From a virus (lineage: Duplodnaviria; Caudoviricetes): a stretch of DNA of 57,735 nt. The notes beneath the pieces are model-generated. The model saw nothing but the letters and a program-made list of their open reading frames with translations, had not been told where the DNA came from and searched no databases. A program made the translations under genes and the position numbers. Of the stretch, positions 10,209 to 19,218 are shown one piece after another (the first letter of the stretch is position 1; each line of letters opens with the position of its first letter). The stretch lies in IMG/VR virus record IMGVR_UViG_3300028837_001890, positions 1 through 57,735 of that record; one strand, written 5' to 3'.

Positions 10209-10544
10209 TTAAACATTACTGGAAATTCTTTTTTGTCGACCAAATGGGTAATCCATTTTTTCTATTATTTTTTGTTTAACTTCTTTTTCTGTTTTTGCGT
10301 AAAAATCTTTATAGGTTAACTGCTGCCCATAATGATCTATAAATATAATTTTTATTGACTTTGTTTGTTCATTATGACGAGAAGATTTTGTTATCTCTAT
10401 AGTAATATGCGCTATAGAATAACTTTGAATGTAGAGTGTTTTTTTATTAAAAAAATAAAGTTCATCGCCGATCTTATAAGGCAATTGGTCTAAAAATTCA
10501 TATAATGACTTATATTTTTTAGATGTTGCAAACTGTATTAGCAT
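10209..10544 (-). CDS. small SH3/KOW-like protein
   Basis: LPYKIGDELYF; ends in a repeat site. Confidence 0.6.
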   Translation of the reverse strand: MLIQFATSKKYKSLYEFLDQLPYKIGDELYFFNKKTLYIQSYSIAHITIEITKSSRHNEQTKSIKIIFIDHYGQQLTYKDFYAKTEKEVKQKIIEKMDYPFGRQKRISSNV

Positions 10545-10571
10545 AATCCTCGCCTCTCTCGTTAAAGCACA

Positions 10572-10853
10572 TTACTGGAAGTTAAATCTTCCAAATTTTT
10601 CATAAAGTAATAATTGTAAAGCCCAGTGTTGTTTTATATAAAACATTCGTTGTTCTTCATATTTCTCGATAGAAATTTTTAACTTAATACGCTTATCTTC
10701 TAAATTACCAATTTTTTTACAAATATTATTAATATTTTTAACAATAAAATTTTCAGGTAAATTATATATTGCGGGTAAATATTTTTCTCCCCATATTTCT
10801 TTTATTTCTTCGGCACTTGTTTTAAATCTCATATTTATTTCTTCCTGATACAC
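10572..10853 (-). CDS. hypothetical protein
   Basis: ends NFQ* where the stop is the TAA of a repeat site; true start may be the later Met. Confidence 0.55.
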   Translation of the reverse strand: MYQEEINMRFKTSAEEIKEIWGEKYLPAIYNLPENFIVKNINNICKKIGNLEDKRIKLKISIEKYEEQRMFYIKQHWALQLLLYEKFGRFNFQ

Positions 10854-10874
10854 ATTACTGGAAATTAATTTGGT

Positions 10875-11528
10875 TTAATTTTGATTCTCATCACCCACAA
10901 TCATATTGATAATTAAATCATTAATATGAATACCTTTTTTTCTCTCTTCATCTGAGATTTCACATTCATCTAGATCACCACTAACTCCTGTCAGATCACC
11001 TTTAATCCCTGTCAGATCACCTGTAACTCCTGTTAGATCACCTTTAATCCATGACAGAACACCTTTAATCCCTGTCAGATCACCTGTAACCCATGACAGA
11101 TGACCACTAACTCCTGTCAGATCACCTGTAACTCCTGTCAGATCACCTTTAATCCATGACAGATCACCTGTAACTCCTGTTAGATCACCTGTAATCCATG
11201 ACAGATGACCTTTAATCCCTGTCAGATCACCTTTAATCCCTGTCAGATCACCTGTAACTCCTGACAGATGACCACTAACTCCTGTCAGATCACCTGTAAC
11301 TCCTGTCAGATCACCTGTAACTCCTGTCAGATCACCTGTAACTCCTGACAGATCACCTTTAATCCATGACAGATGACCACTAACTCCTGTCAGATCACCT
11401 GTAACTCCTGACAGATCACCTGTAACTCCTGACAGATGACCACTAACTCCTGACAAATCACCTGTAATTTTGTCATGCATTCCTATTATATATTTTTGTT
11501 TAATTAACATCTTCTTCATAATCATCAC
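10875..11528 (-). CDS. heptapeptide-repeat protein
   Basis: over 20 tandem 7-aa units (V/I)(T/S/K)G(D/H)L(T/S)(G/W); 21-nt DNA period. Confidence 0.8.
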   Translation of the reverse strand: MMIMKKMLIKQKYIIGMHDKITGDLSGVSGHLSGVTGDLSGVTGDLTGVSGHLSWIKGDLSGVTGDLTGVTGDLTGVTGDLTGVSGHLSGVTGDLTGIKGDLTGIKGHLSWITGDLTGVTGDLSWIKGDLTGVTGDLTGVSGHLSWVTGDLTGIKGVLSWIKGDLTGVTGDLTGIKGDLTGVSGDLDECEISDEERKKGIHINDLIINMIVGDENQN

Positions 11529-11554
11529 CTCTCGTTAAAGCACGTTACTAGAAA

Positions 11555-11836
11555 TTATCGCATTTCTTCTGGGGACAATGAAATAATTTGTCTGATTAAA
11601 AACTCTTTTGCTTCATTTACACGATTAAATAAATATGGTTCTTGAATTTTTTTCTCAGAAACGCATGTATGTGATTTAATTGTATAAAAAATTCTTTGTT
11701 CTTCCCCATACTCATTCAATTCAATATTTACAATTTTCCCTGTTTTTAACTTTAATGGGGTATATGGATCATTACATGAATGATGTTCCGTCCATATTAA
11801 AAAATATACCTGCTGGCCTAAATTAAATTTCGGCAT
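11555..11836 (-). CDS. small SH3/KOW-like protein
   Basis: PKFNLGQQVYF; AGGAG RBS. Confidence 0.65.
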   Translation of the reverse strand: MPKFNLGQQVYFLIWTEHHSCNDPYTPLKLKTGKIVNIELNEYGEEQRIFYTIKSHTCVSEKKIQEPYLFNRVNEAKEFLIRQIISLSPEEMR

Positions 11837-11866
11837 TTCTTATCTCCTAAGTTAAGTTAATACACA

Positions 11867-12154
11867 TTACTGGAAATTATTAGTTTTTATTAATTGCTCT
11901 ACAGCTTTGTCTATAAGATAGATAAATTTTGCAATTAGGATGTCGCCGAAATAATTTTTATTATTTAGATCGCAACATTTATGAAATATTATAGATAAAT
12001 CCTTCTCACTTAAATCACGATTTGTTTTTTTTCTTATAGAATCTGCAATAATATTAGCTAAACAGTGTGTATCAGCCCATAAATCATAACCACCAGCTTC
12101 TTTATCTAAATAAAAATCATATGGATTTTTTTTATCTTCACTCACAATCATCAC
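11867..12154 (-). CDS. hypothetical protein
   Basis: ends NFQ* inside a repeat site. Confidence 0.6.
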   Translation of the reverse strand: MMIVSEDKKNPYDFYLDKEAGGYDLWADTHCLANIIADSIRKKTNRDLSEKDLSIIFHKCCDLNNKNYFGDILIAKFIYLIDKAVEQLIKTNNFQ

Positions 12155-12296
12155 CTATCGTTAAATGTTGTTGGAAATTATTTTTTATTTTTTTATTATT
12201 AAAATATTTTTCATTCATCAATTTATAAAAATTTATTTCCATTTGTAAAGCTGATTGAAGATATTTTTTTATTTGCTTTTCATTCATAATCATATC

Positions 12297-12494
12297 CTAA
12301 CAATAAAATTTGTGGTTACAACATGGACATTCTTTTTCAGCTTTTTCTGTCAATAATCTAATACTGGCAATTAAAAATTCATCTCTTTTTTCTTGACTAT
12401 TGATAATTAAACTTTGATCAAGATGCATATATAATAGTTTATGTTTAACTCTAATTTCATCATCTGTTAATTTTTTAACTTTCATAATCATCAC
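12297..12494 (-). CDS. small protein with C-terminal Cys cluster
   Basis: CPCCNHKFYC; GAGG RBS within repeat site. Confidence 0.55.
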   Translation of the reverse strand: MMIMKVKKLTDDEIRVKHKLLYMHLDQSLIINSQEKRDEFLIASIRLLTEKAEKECPCCNHKFYC

Positions 12495-12770
12495 CTCTCG
12501 TTAATAGACATTCCTGGAAGTTATTCTTTTTTTAAAATAAAAAACCGCCAATTGAAAAACTATTTTGACCTTCTATAATTAATAATTTAGGTAAAACTGA
12601 ATCTTGAATTTCTAATTTAGAGTCATTAGACACTATAATTTTATTGTGTTTAGCGCATAAATCTATTAACTCATTTATAAACAGAATATGGTTAGCATTT
12701 AAAGACTCTGATTCTTCTTCGTCAATATAAAAAAATTATTCATGATTTACTCTCTCTATTTAATAAGCAA

Positions 12771-12799
12771 AGTATACTACAATTAAAATAGAATGTCAA
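12771..12799 (-). promoter_or_regulatory. sigma70 promoter heading the repeat-delimited gene array
   Basis: TTGACA-17-TATACT. Confidence 0.75.
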
Positions 12800-13167
12800 G
12801 TGTTTTTATTTTTTATTATATAACCCAAACCATTACATCGAAAACATTGTTTATATTCATTTTTAGGTTTATCGCCAAATACCTTTGTATACTCTTTATC
12901 ACCAAACACTTTTGCATATAATGAGTATTCCCAGCCTATTACTTTTTGACCTTTACATAAATCACATTCATTAATAATTTCATCTAAAGAATATACTTTT
13001 TTCTCAATGTTATTTTCTTTATTTATCTGAAAAATATGTAATTCCCATGCGTCACGAATTGAAAAGTTGCTATGTTTTATACAACGCATTACTTCTTTTA
13101 ATGATTCAAATTTTCCTACTAACTCTGTTTTAATAGGATGAAAATAAATTTTAAATAACTCAATCAT
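12796..13167 (-). CDS. protein with DnaJ-type Zn-finger motifs
   Basis: CDLCKG and CFRCNGLG. Confidence 0.6.
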   Translation of the reverse strand: MIELFKIYFHPIKTELVGKFESLKEVMRCIKHSNFSIRDAWELHIFQINKENNIEKKVYSLDEIINECDLCKGQKVIGWEYSLYAKVFGDKEYTKVFGDKPKNEYKQCFRCNGLGYIIKNKNT

Positions 13168-13730
13168 TATTTTAATTTTTTTAAACAGTTTATAATTTTA
13201 TAATTTTCCTCTTCTTCAGCTACTTCTAAAGCTACTTCTAAGGACATTTTACCTTCTTTTATCAGTATTTCTAACATCTTAAAATCATTATTTTCAACAG
13301 GAATCGCTGATGTTTCTAAACCACGATCTGATAAATCTACACGTTTATCTTTTAATAAAAATCTTACTACATCATACCGCTTCGCTCCCACAGCATCATG
13401 TAAAGCCATATTGGTATAATAAGCAGGATCAACATTTGGATCATTAATTAATTCTTTAACTACTTTTAAATCACCTCTAACACACGCTGTATTAAACTTA
13501 TTCTGCATATCACTAGTTGTTTCATACTCATAATCCGTTTCTTCCTGAATCGTTGGTGTATAAGTTTTAAGATATGCTTGCTGTATAGCGAGTATATGCT
13601 CAGAAACTATATTTAAATTAAAAATTTTTTTATCTTCTTCTACTGATAAATATTCATTTAATAACTTTATACATTTTTTAACTAAAAAATCATCTTCAAA
13701 TTTGAACTCATCATCTACTTGTACTTTCAT
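13167..13730 (-). CDS. ankyrin-repeat protein
   Basis: ACVRGDLKVVKELI, ALHDAVGAKRYDVVRFLLKDKRVD. Confidence 0.85.
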   Translation of the reverse strand: MKVQVDDEFKFEDDFLVKKCIKLLNEYLSVEEDKKIFNLNIVSEHILAIQQAYLKTYTPTIQEETDYEYETTSDMQNKFNTACVRGDLKVVKELINDPNVDPAYYTNMALHDAVGAKRYDVVRFLLKDKRVDLSDRGLETSAIPVENNDFKMLEILIKEGKMSLEVALEVAEEEENYKIINCLKKLK

Positions 13731-13757
13731 ATAACACCTTCTTCTAAAATTAATAGT

Positions 13758-14531
13758 CTATAAAGAACGTCCAACTACATTAACTAAATTATTAAGTGTT
13801 TGTTTTGGTTTCTTAGGTGTCTTAAAAAATAATGATTTAAATTTATTTTTTATTCCACGCAGAGCATTAGTTATATGCTGCCAAAATGTCTTTGATTTTT
13901 TATTAGTATTTGAAACTTCAGCAATATTTTTTTTATTTTTATTAACAAACACATCTAATTTATCAACGATTTCTACAGAGCTTTCTTTATAAACAAATTG
14001 AGCTTTTAAATCTTTTACCAGTTTTAACTCTTTACTTATTTTGTATAACTCTTTTACTTTTTCAAAATTATTTTTTGTTATAAGCTTTTCATATTTTTTA
14101 TACTGTTTATATTTTTCATTACATTTGGAACTTTCTTTCTTCTTTAAATAATGTTTTTTAAAGTTTTTATTTTCATAAACTAACTCATAATTTGAACATA
14201 TTAACAGTGTAATCTTTTTATTTCTTTGCAAATCATCATAAATAAAATCATTTATTTTTTCTATATATCGTAGAAAAGTCTCATAATCATAATAACTATT
14301 AATATTAAAATAATTATTAATAAATCTAGAAATACGAAAGTTATTAAAAAATGACTTCTTAATTAAATTATTAAGTTTATAATTTAAATATTCTTCACGT
14401 TTATCTACTACTTCAATTAATTTAATAAGTTTATAACCTATAAATTTTTTTAACTGTTCAGCATTAAAATTATTGGTTTTAACGCTATCGTATAAATTTT
14501 TCAACTCTAATAAATTCATATCCCCAAACAT
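13758..14531 (-). CDS. basic hypothetical protein
   Basis: 257-aa ORF, AGGAGG RBS. Confidence 0.7.
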   Translation of the reverse strand: MFGDMNLLELKNLYDSVKTNNFNAEQLKKFIGYKLIKLIEVVDKREEYLNYKLNNLIKKSFFNNFRISRFINNYFNINSYYDYETFLRYIEKINDFIYDDLQRNKKITLLICSNYELVYENKNFKKHYLKKKESSKCNEKYKQYKKYEKLITKNNFEKVKELYKISKELKLVKDLKAQFVYKESSVEIVDKLDVFVNKNKKNIAEVSNTNKKSKTFWQHITNALRGIKNKFKSLFFKTPKKPKQTLNNLVNVVGRSL

Positions 14532-14585
14532 AACAACCTCCTAAATAGTTAAGTACTATTATACTACATAAACCTTAAGAATATA

Positions 14586-15359
14586 TTAAGAAAAATATTT
14601 TTTCCAAATAATACTATCTTTAAACTCTATATCATTCGACCATTCTGTAATAACAGTTCTTTTTCCATCTTTATCAAATATTATCCAATGATGACAATAT
14701 CTTTTATTATTTGATTTATCAATTTTAACTACTAATTTTTGTGATTCTTCAAATTCTGAAGAAACTTTTTCTAAAGCTGATATATTTTGCGATCTATCAC
14801 AATGTTTAATAAATAATGCTTTAACACAAAATACATTAATCATTTTAATCAATTCTTGTTGCACTTCATTTAATCTTCTTTTTTGTGCCAACATTTTTAT
14901 TATATAATCTGTTTCTTTTATATATTTACCTATAAATTCTGAAGGAGCTTTTTCTAAATCTGATATATTTTGTAATCTGTCACAAAGTTTAATAGTTAAT
15001 GCTTTATCGCTCATATTTATCATTTTTTTTGCTAAATAAACATCTTTATTATCTAAATACACAGTATTAAGCTCTTCTTTGTTTATTGTGAGTTCTATTA
15101 CTAATTGACTAACGTCCTTTCCGAAAGCTCCCTCTATTAAAAAATTCCCTAACCCTTTATTTTTGTAACAATCCTCAATAACATCATGCAATAATGCAAC
15201 GCATAAACTATCTTCGTCTTCGCAATATTTAGTAGCTAGCTCATATACTTCTTTAACATGTCCATCGAAATAGAGTTCATTTGTAAACTTTCTACGTTGA
15301 TCTTTGTGGGCTTCTTTAGCAAAATCATAAGCTTGTGATACTTTAGCTGTTTTATTCAT
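14586..15359 (-). CDS. HD-domain (p)ppGpp hydrolase-like protein (Mesh1/SpoT HD type)
   Basis: AYDFAKEAHKDQRRK...H...ALLHDVIED...IKLCDRLQN. Confidence 0.88.
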   Translation of the reverse strand: MNKTAKVSQAYDFAKEAHKDQRRKFTNELYFDGHVKEVYELATKYCEDEDSLCVALLHDVIEDCYKNKGLGNFLIEGAFGKDVSQLVIELTINKEELNTVYLDNKDVYLAKKMINMSDKALTIKLCDRLQNISDLEKAPSEFIGKYIKETDYIIKMLAQKRRLNEVQQELIKMINVFCVKALFIKHCDRSQNISALEKVSSEFEESQKLVVKIDKSNNKRYCHHWIIFDKDGKRTVITEWSNDIEFKDSIIWKKYFS

Positions 15360-15370
15360 TTTATTAACTC

Positions 15371-15622
15371 CTATTTTTTATATCTCTCTCTATATTTTTT
15401 TGACGGGCTATGCCAATACCTCTCTTCAACGCTAGTTGGAGCATCAACCGGTCTATCTTTAGTAGAATAACATACTTCGCTTCGATCGGACGTACCAACT
15501 AGCCCACTTTTTGATAAATATACATATTCTATCTCTGTACGAAGCGCTCCATCCCATAAATGCCAGACGTCAGCATCTTTCGGCATTAATTTTAATTGCT
15601 CAATTAATTCGTAGACTTTCAT
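15371..15622 (-). CDS. small phage protein
   Basis: MKVYELIEQLKLMPKDADV, N-terminus similar to 16522-16773. Confidence 0.65.
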   Translation of the reverse strand: MKVYELIEQLKLMPKDADVWHLWDGALRTEIEYVYLSKSGLVGTSDRSEVCYSTKDRPVDAPTSVEERYWHSPSKKYRERYKK

Positions 15623-15633
15623 TTTTATCCTCT

Positions 15634-15882
15634 TTATTGTGTTCTTTCAAATATAAATACATACTCGTCTTCTTTAACATCAAGTTTTATGCTTATTGGA
15701 AAATTAAATGCGATAGTACCTATTCCAGTTTTATAATCCGCTGATATAACAGAATTTAAATTAAAAAGTTTTCTTCTTTCTTCTACACTATATAAATTAC
15801 AAAAAACTTTACCAATATAATCAGCGTACTCTTCTTCACTTAAACTCTCTAACTCTTTAAATTGATCTTTAGTTAAATACAT
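15634..15882 (-). CDS. hypothetical protein
   Basis: ORF in operon. Confidence 0.55.
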   Translation of the reverse strand: MYLTKDQFKELESLSEEEYADYIGKVFCNLYSVEERRKLFNLNSVISADYKTGIGTIAFNFPISIKLDVKEDEYVFIFERTQ

Positions 15883-15900
15883 TTTTATTTATCCGACTGT

Positions 15901-16491
15901 TTAAAATCTCACTTTAGGAACTTTATTAGCGTTTTTATCAGCTTTAAAATATGCTTTCTTTGTAAAATTAAATATCTTAGCTATGATGCTTCTTGGAAAT
16001 TGTCTTATTTTTACATTAAAAGATTGCGCTACTATATTATATCTACGTCTTTCTACTGCAATTCTATTTTCTGTTCCTTCTAACATTTGCTGCAAAGCCA
16101 TAAAATTCTCGCTCGCTCTTAGTACTGGATATCTTTCAACATTAATAAGTAAATGATTTAACGCACTTCCTAACATAGATTGTGATTTCTGAAATTGTTC
16201 AAATGCTCTAGCATTATTAACAATATTTTTAGTATTTACATTATTTATTTCTGAACGCGCTTTTGCGACTTCTAAAAAAGTTGTTTTTTCATGAATAGCA
16301 TAACCTTTCACAGTGGATATTAAATTAGGAACTAAATCAGCACGCCTCTGATATACATTTTCTACCTGCGACCATGATTGATTAACATTTTCTTCGTTCG
16401 CTACTAATCCGTTATACACTCCAAAACTATAACAAACAAATATTAAAACTAAAGCGCTTAATCCTATTAAAAATTTAGACCCGATTTTCAT
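15901..16491 (-). CDS. lemA: LemA family protein
   Basis: N-term TM; YQRRADLVPNL, ERYPVLRASENF, EGTENRIAVERRRYN. Confidence 0.93.
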   Translation of the reverse strand: MKIGSKFLIGLSALVLIFVCYSFGVYNGLVANEENVNQSWSQVENVYQRRADLVPNLISTVKGYAIHEKTTFLEVAKARSEINNVNTKNIVNNARAFEQFQKSQSMLGSALNHLLINVERYPVLRASENFMALQQMLEGTENRIAVERRRYNIVAQSFNVKIRQFPRSIIAKIFNFTKKAYFKADKNANKVPKVRF

Positions 16492-16521
16492 TTTTTATAC
16501 TCCTATTTTATAAAAAAATTA

Positions 16522-16773
16522 CTAAGGCCAAATAGAAATTACTCTTAATGAAGGGTCGTTTTTTATTTTTTCCCATTCATTCTTTTCTAAGCAATTATCC
16601 TCAGCAGCCGTATCATCATGGTAAATCTCGTCATTAAAATATATATCATTTATATTTACATCTTCTAATACATTAAACCCATTACCTTCTTCGTCACGAG
16701 CAATTATAACTTCTCTATCATCTGCCTCTTTAGGCAGAGCGTTAAGAATATCTTTAAGCTCTTTAACTTTCAT
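16522..16773 (-). CDS. small phage protein
   Basis: MKVKELKDILNALP...DEEGNGF. Confidence 0.7.
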   Translation of the reverse strand: MKVKELKDILNALPKEADDREVIIARDEEGNGFNVLEDVNINDIYFNDEIYHDDTAAEDNCLEKNEWEKIKNDPSLRVISIWP

Positions 16774-16796
16774 TTTTTATACCTCTCTATTTTTTG

Positions 16797-16867
16797 AGAC
16801 CAGAGTCGGATTCGCACCGACCTAAATGGTTTTGCAGACCATCGCATAACTACTCTGCCATCTGATC
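16797..16867 (-). tRNA. tRNA-Cys(GCA), CCA not encoded
   Basis: ATGGT-CT GCA AA-ACCAT arm; acceptor GATCAGA/TCTGGTC; T-loop TGCGAAT. Confidence 0.85.
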
Positions 16868-16870
16868 GTA

Positions 16871-17500
16871 TTATTTAAAATCAACAGCTTTAATTTTAGT
16901 AATAATTCTATTGCCAACTCTATCTTTTAATTCATATAAAGGCCTTAAAACTAATCCTTCAGCTTTACAATTACCTACTTTAGAATCAAAACCTTTTTTA
17001 ACTAATTCTATAGCTTCAGATAATGTACCTTGCCCAACAAATGGAACATATTTTATTCCTAATCTTTCTGCAAATGATTCTAAATTATCCTTCGACTGCC
17101 AATTATAACCAATAAGACAATCGAATAAGATAAAATCTACGGAGTCTTTTAAATATAATTTACCTACTTTTTGAACTTTATTGCCGTAACCTTCCCCAAA
17201 AAAAATAATTTCTTTTTTAAGAGAAGCATAATCAAAAGACTCTTTTAATTTATCTAAAGTAAATATGTCTTGCAATCTGGCGAATAACGAAGTTGGAATT
17301 TGTGCTTTTTCTGTTCTACCTCCAAATCTTACATGTTCACCATCGAAATATACTCTAATATTTGTCCCATCTATTTTTTCTTGAAATGACCACTGACAAT
17401 CTTGTAATAATTCAAATTCTTCACATGAAAATTTATTATTAAATTTATGAGTCTTTTCATTTCTTTTATATAAAGAATTAATTTTATGATATGTTTTCAT
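16871..17500 (-). CDS. RNA ligase (Rnl2-like nucleotidyltransferase domain)
   Basis: EKIDGTN (motif I), FGEGYG, FILFD, EGLVLRP, TKIK. Confidence 0.9.
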   Translation of the reverse strand: MKTYHKINSLYKRNEKTHKFNNKFSCEEFELLQDCQWSFQEKIDGTNIRVYFDGEHVRFGGRTEKAQIPTSLFARLQDIFTLDKLKESFDYASLKKEIIFFGEGYGNKVQKVGKLYLKDSVDFILFDCLIGYNWQSKDNLESFAERLGIKYVPFVGQGTLSEAIELVKKGFDSKVGNCKAEGLVLRPLYELKDRVGNRIITKIKAVDFK

Positions 17501-17520
17501 TTTTTTACTCCTCTATTTTA

Positions 17521-17817
17521 TTATTTCTCTTTTAAAAAATTTAAACTTATATTTGTTATATAATCTTTTCTTAAGCCTTGTTTAACATCAAATAAAAATT
17601 TCTTCGTAACATCGTCAGGGTCATCACTAATATCTGTAAACTTAAAATAAGCATTAGCAACTTCCGCAATTTTATTCTTACTTATTATAATCGGCGTTAT
17701 CGTAAGTTTATGTTTTTTAAAAAGCTTAATAATGTCGTCAATAAAATTATCTACTTTGTCTTCTTTATTACAAGTAGCAGATATATAATCCATTGATTCT
17801 AAACTTATACCTTTCAT
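17521..17817 (-). CDS. hypothetical protein
   Basis: ORF overlapping upstream stop. Confidence 0.55.
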   Translation of the reverse strand: MKGISLESMDYISATCNKEDKVDNFIDDIIKLFKKHKLTITPIIISKNKIAEVANAYFKFTDISDDPDDVTKKFLFDVKQGLRKDYITNISLNFLKEK

Positions 17818-18020
17818 TTTTCTACCTTCTTTTCAAGATTGGTAATAGACTTATTTATACAGTATATAGCACATGATATTTTAGAATAAAAATCATTAAC
17901 TCTACATTTTAACCCTTCACATTCTTTTATTATTTTTTTAAAATAACTATTACAACCAATAAAACATATAAAAATTAAAACAAACATAAAAGAACAATAC
18001 AACACAAATAAGGTATTCAT
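17814..18020 (-). CDS. small membrane-anchored protein
   Basis: hydrophobic N-terminus; AGGAG RBS. Confidence 0.55.
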   Translation of the reverse strand: MNTLFVLYCSFMFVLIFICFIGCNSYFKKIIKECEGLKCRVNDFYSKISCAIYCINKSITNLEKKVEK

Positions 18021-18045
18021 TTTCTAACTCCTATATTAAAAATTA

Positions 18046-18074
18046 ATTATATTATAATTAATCTTAGTTGTCAA
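18046..18074 (-). promoter_or_regulatory. sigma70 promoter
   Basis: TTGACA-17-TATAAT. Confidence 0.85.
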
Positions 18075-18077
18075 GTA

Positions 18078-18293
18078 TTACTTTTTATAATCTTGTAATA
18101 TTAATTGTATAGCATTTTTTAATAAAACTTTTTTTAAAAAAATATTTTTATCTAAAAAGTTTAAAATTTCTTCTTCAAAATGATTATAAATTTCTTCTAA
18201 TCCTTCATCGCTTAAATCTAATTGAAATTGCGATAAACTATTTTGCTGAATATTAGTAATAAACTCATGCAATGTTTTAAATTTAATTTTCAT
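18078..18293 (-). CDS. hypothetical protein
   Basis: ORF in operon. Confidence 0.5.
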   Translation of the reverse strand: MKIKFKTLHEFITNIQQNSLSQFQLDLSDEGLEEIYNHFEEEILNFLDKNIFLKKVLLKNAIQLILQDYKK

Positions 18294-18296
18294 TCC

Positions 18297-19100
18297 TTAC
18301 TTTTTACCTTCGGGTTTTCCTATAATTTCAAAAGCGTATGTAGTCTCATTTATTTCTTTTATTTTATGATTGCTTTTTTCAAAATAATTAACTTTTTTAT
18401 TATTAATTAGCTCATTATCTTTTAAAAATTTATGAGTCTTTAATTGCTTTTTTAATATATGCGCAATACACTCAACACAAAAAATATCTTCATTTATCTG
18501 CATCCATGCATTAGTCAATCCATGATATTCACAATTAATATAATGTTCCGGTTCTTGCGGAAGAGAAGCATTCATTGCTATTTTTGAAATATCCATAGTT
18601 ACTTTCATTTTTTCTTTTTCTTCATATTCAATGTTTCCAGGTGTGTACTCAAACTTATCACAGTATCTAAAAGGCTTATTATGAAAAGTTGCAAGTTTCA
18701 ACTCACCGTTACATTTATCACATTTTTTATCATTTAAAAATAATTCCCATAATTCTTTTTCATAAGTAGTAGATAATTTATTTACTGATTTTATTTTATC
18801 TTGTAATTCTTTAATTACATTATCAGCTGTTTCCTCTATAATTTCGTTTGATTTTTTAGAATCAATATCTTTAAAAGAATTAAACGCAATAGGTATCTCT
18901 GAAATTTTATTTAAAACAAATTTAACTTCTCTATCAAATAAATCACGTTTAATTTTTTTCTCAATAAGATCAAGTATTAAACTACACCAGCAGTGTGTCA
19001 ATATACTTAAATCATGGTCATAATAATAATCATACTCGCTAATCCAAGCAAGCGGATCAACTCTATGAGCATCTAAAAAGTCTTCCTGTTTAGTTTTCAT
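18297..19100 (-). CDS. hypothetical protein with CxxC motifs
   Basis: CDKC, CEYH, CVEC; N-terminus shared with 20993-21262. Confidence 0.7.
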   Translation of the reverse strand: MKTKQEDFLDAHRVDPLAWISEYDYYYDHDLSILTHCWCSLILDLIEKKIKRDLFDREVKFVLNKISEIPIAFNSFKDIDSKKSNEIIEETADNVIKELQDKIKSVNKLSTTYEKELWELFLNDKKCDKCNGELKLATFHNKPFRYCDKFEYTPGNIEYEEKEKMKVTMDISKIAMNASLPQEPEHYINCEYHGLTNAWMQINEDIFCVECIAHILKKQLKTHKFLKDNELINNKKVNYFEKSNHKIKEINETTYAFEIIGKPEGKK

Positions 19101-19130
19101 TTTTATACCTCTTATTTATAATGAAACCAA

Positions 19131-19159
19131 AGTATATTTTAAATAAAATCATTTGTCAA
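19131..19159 (-). promoter_or_regulatory. sigma70 promoter
   Basis: TTGACA-17-TATACT. Confidence 0.75.
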
Positions 19160-19218
19160 GGTTAATTTTACTTAAAATCTTAAGAGAGGGTTTTTAAAAA
19201 CTTTAAAACGTTATTATC

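Larger units (their letters stand above)
7957..12521 (-). repeat. dispersed intergenic dif-like sites (arm-TAA-N6-TTA-arm) between small genes
   Basis: about a dozen copies, e.g. ATTTCCAGTAA TGTGTA TTAACTTAACT at 11850-11877 (minus). Confidence 0.75.

Noticed and set aside
7957-12521. Classical integron attC sites
   Set aside because: No RYYYAAC...GTTRRRY long imperfect hairpins and no integron integrase in the window; the sites are short 28-bp dif-like units
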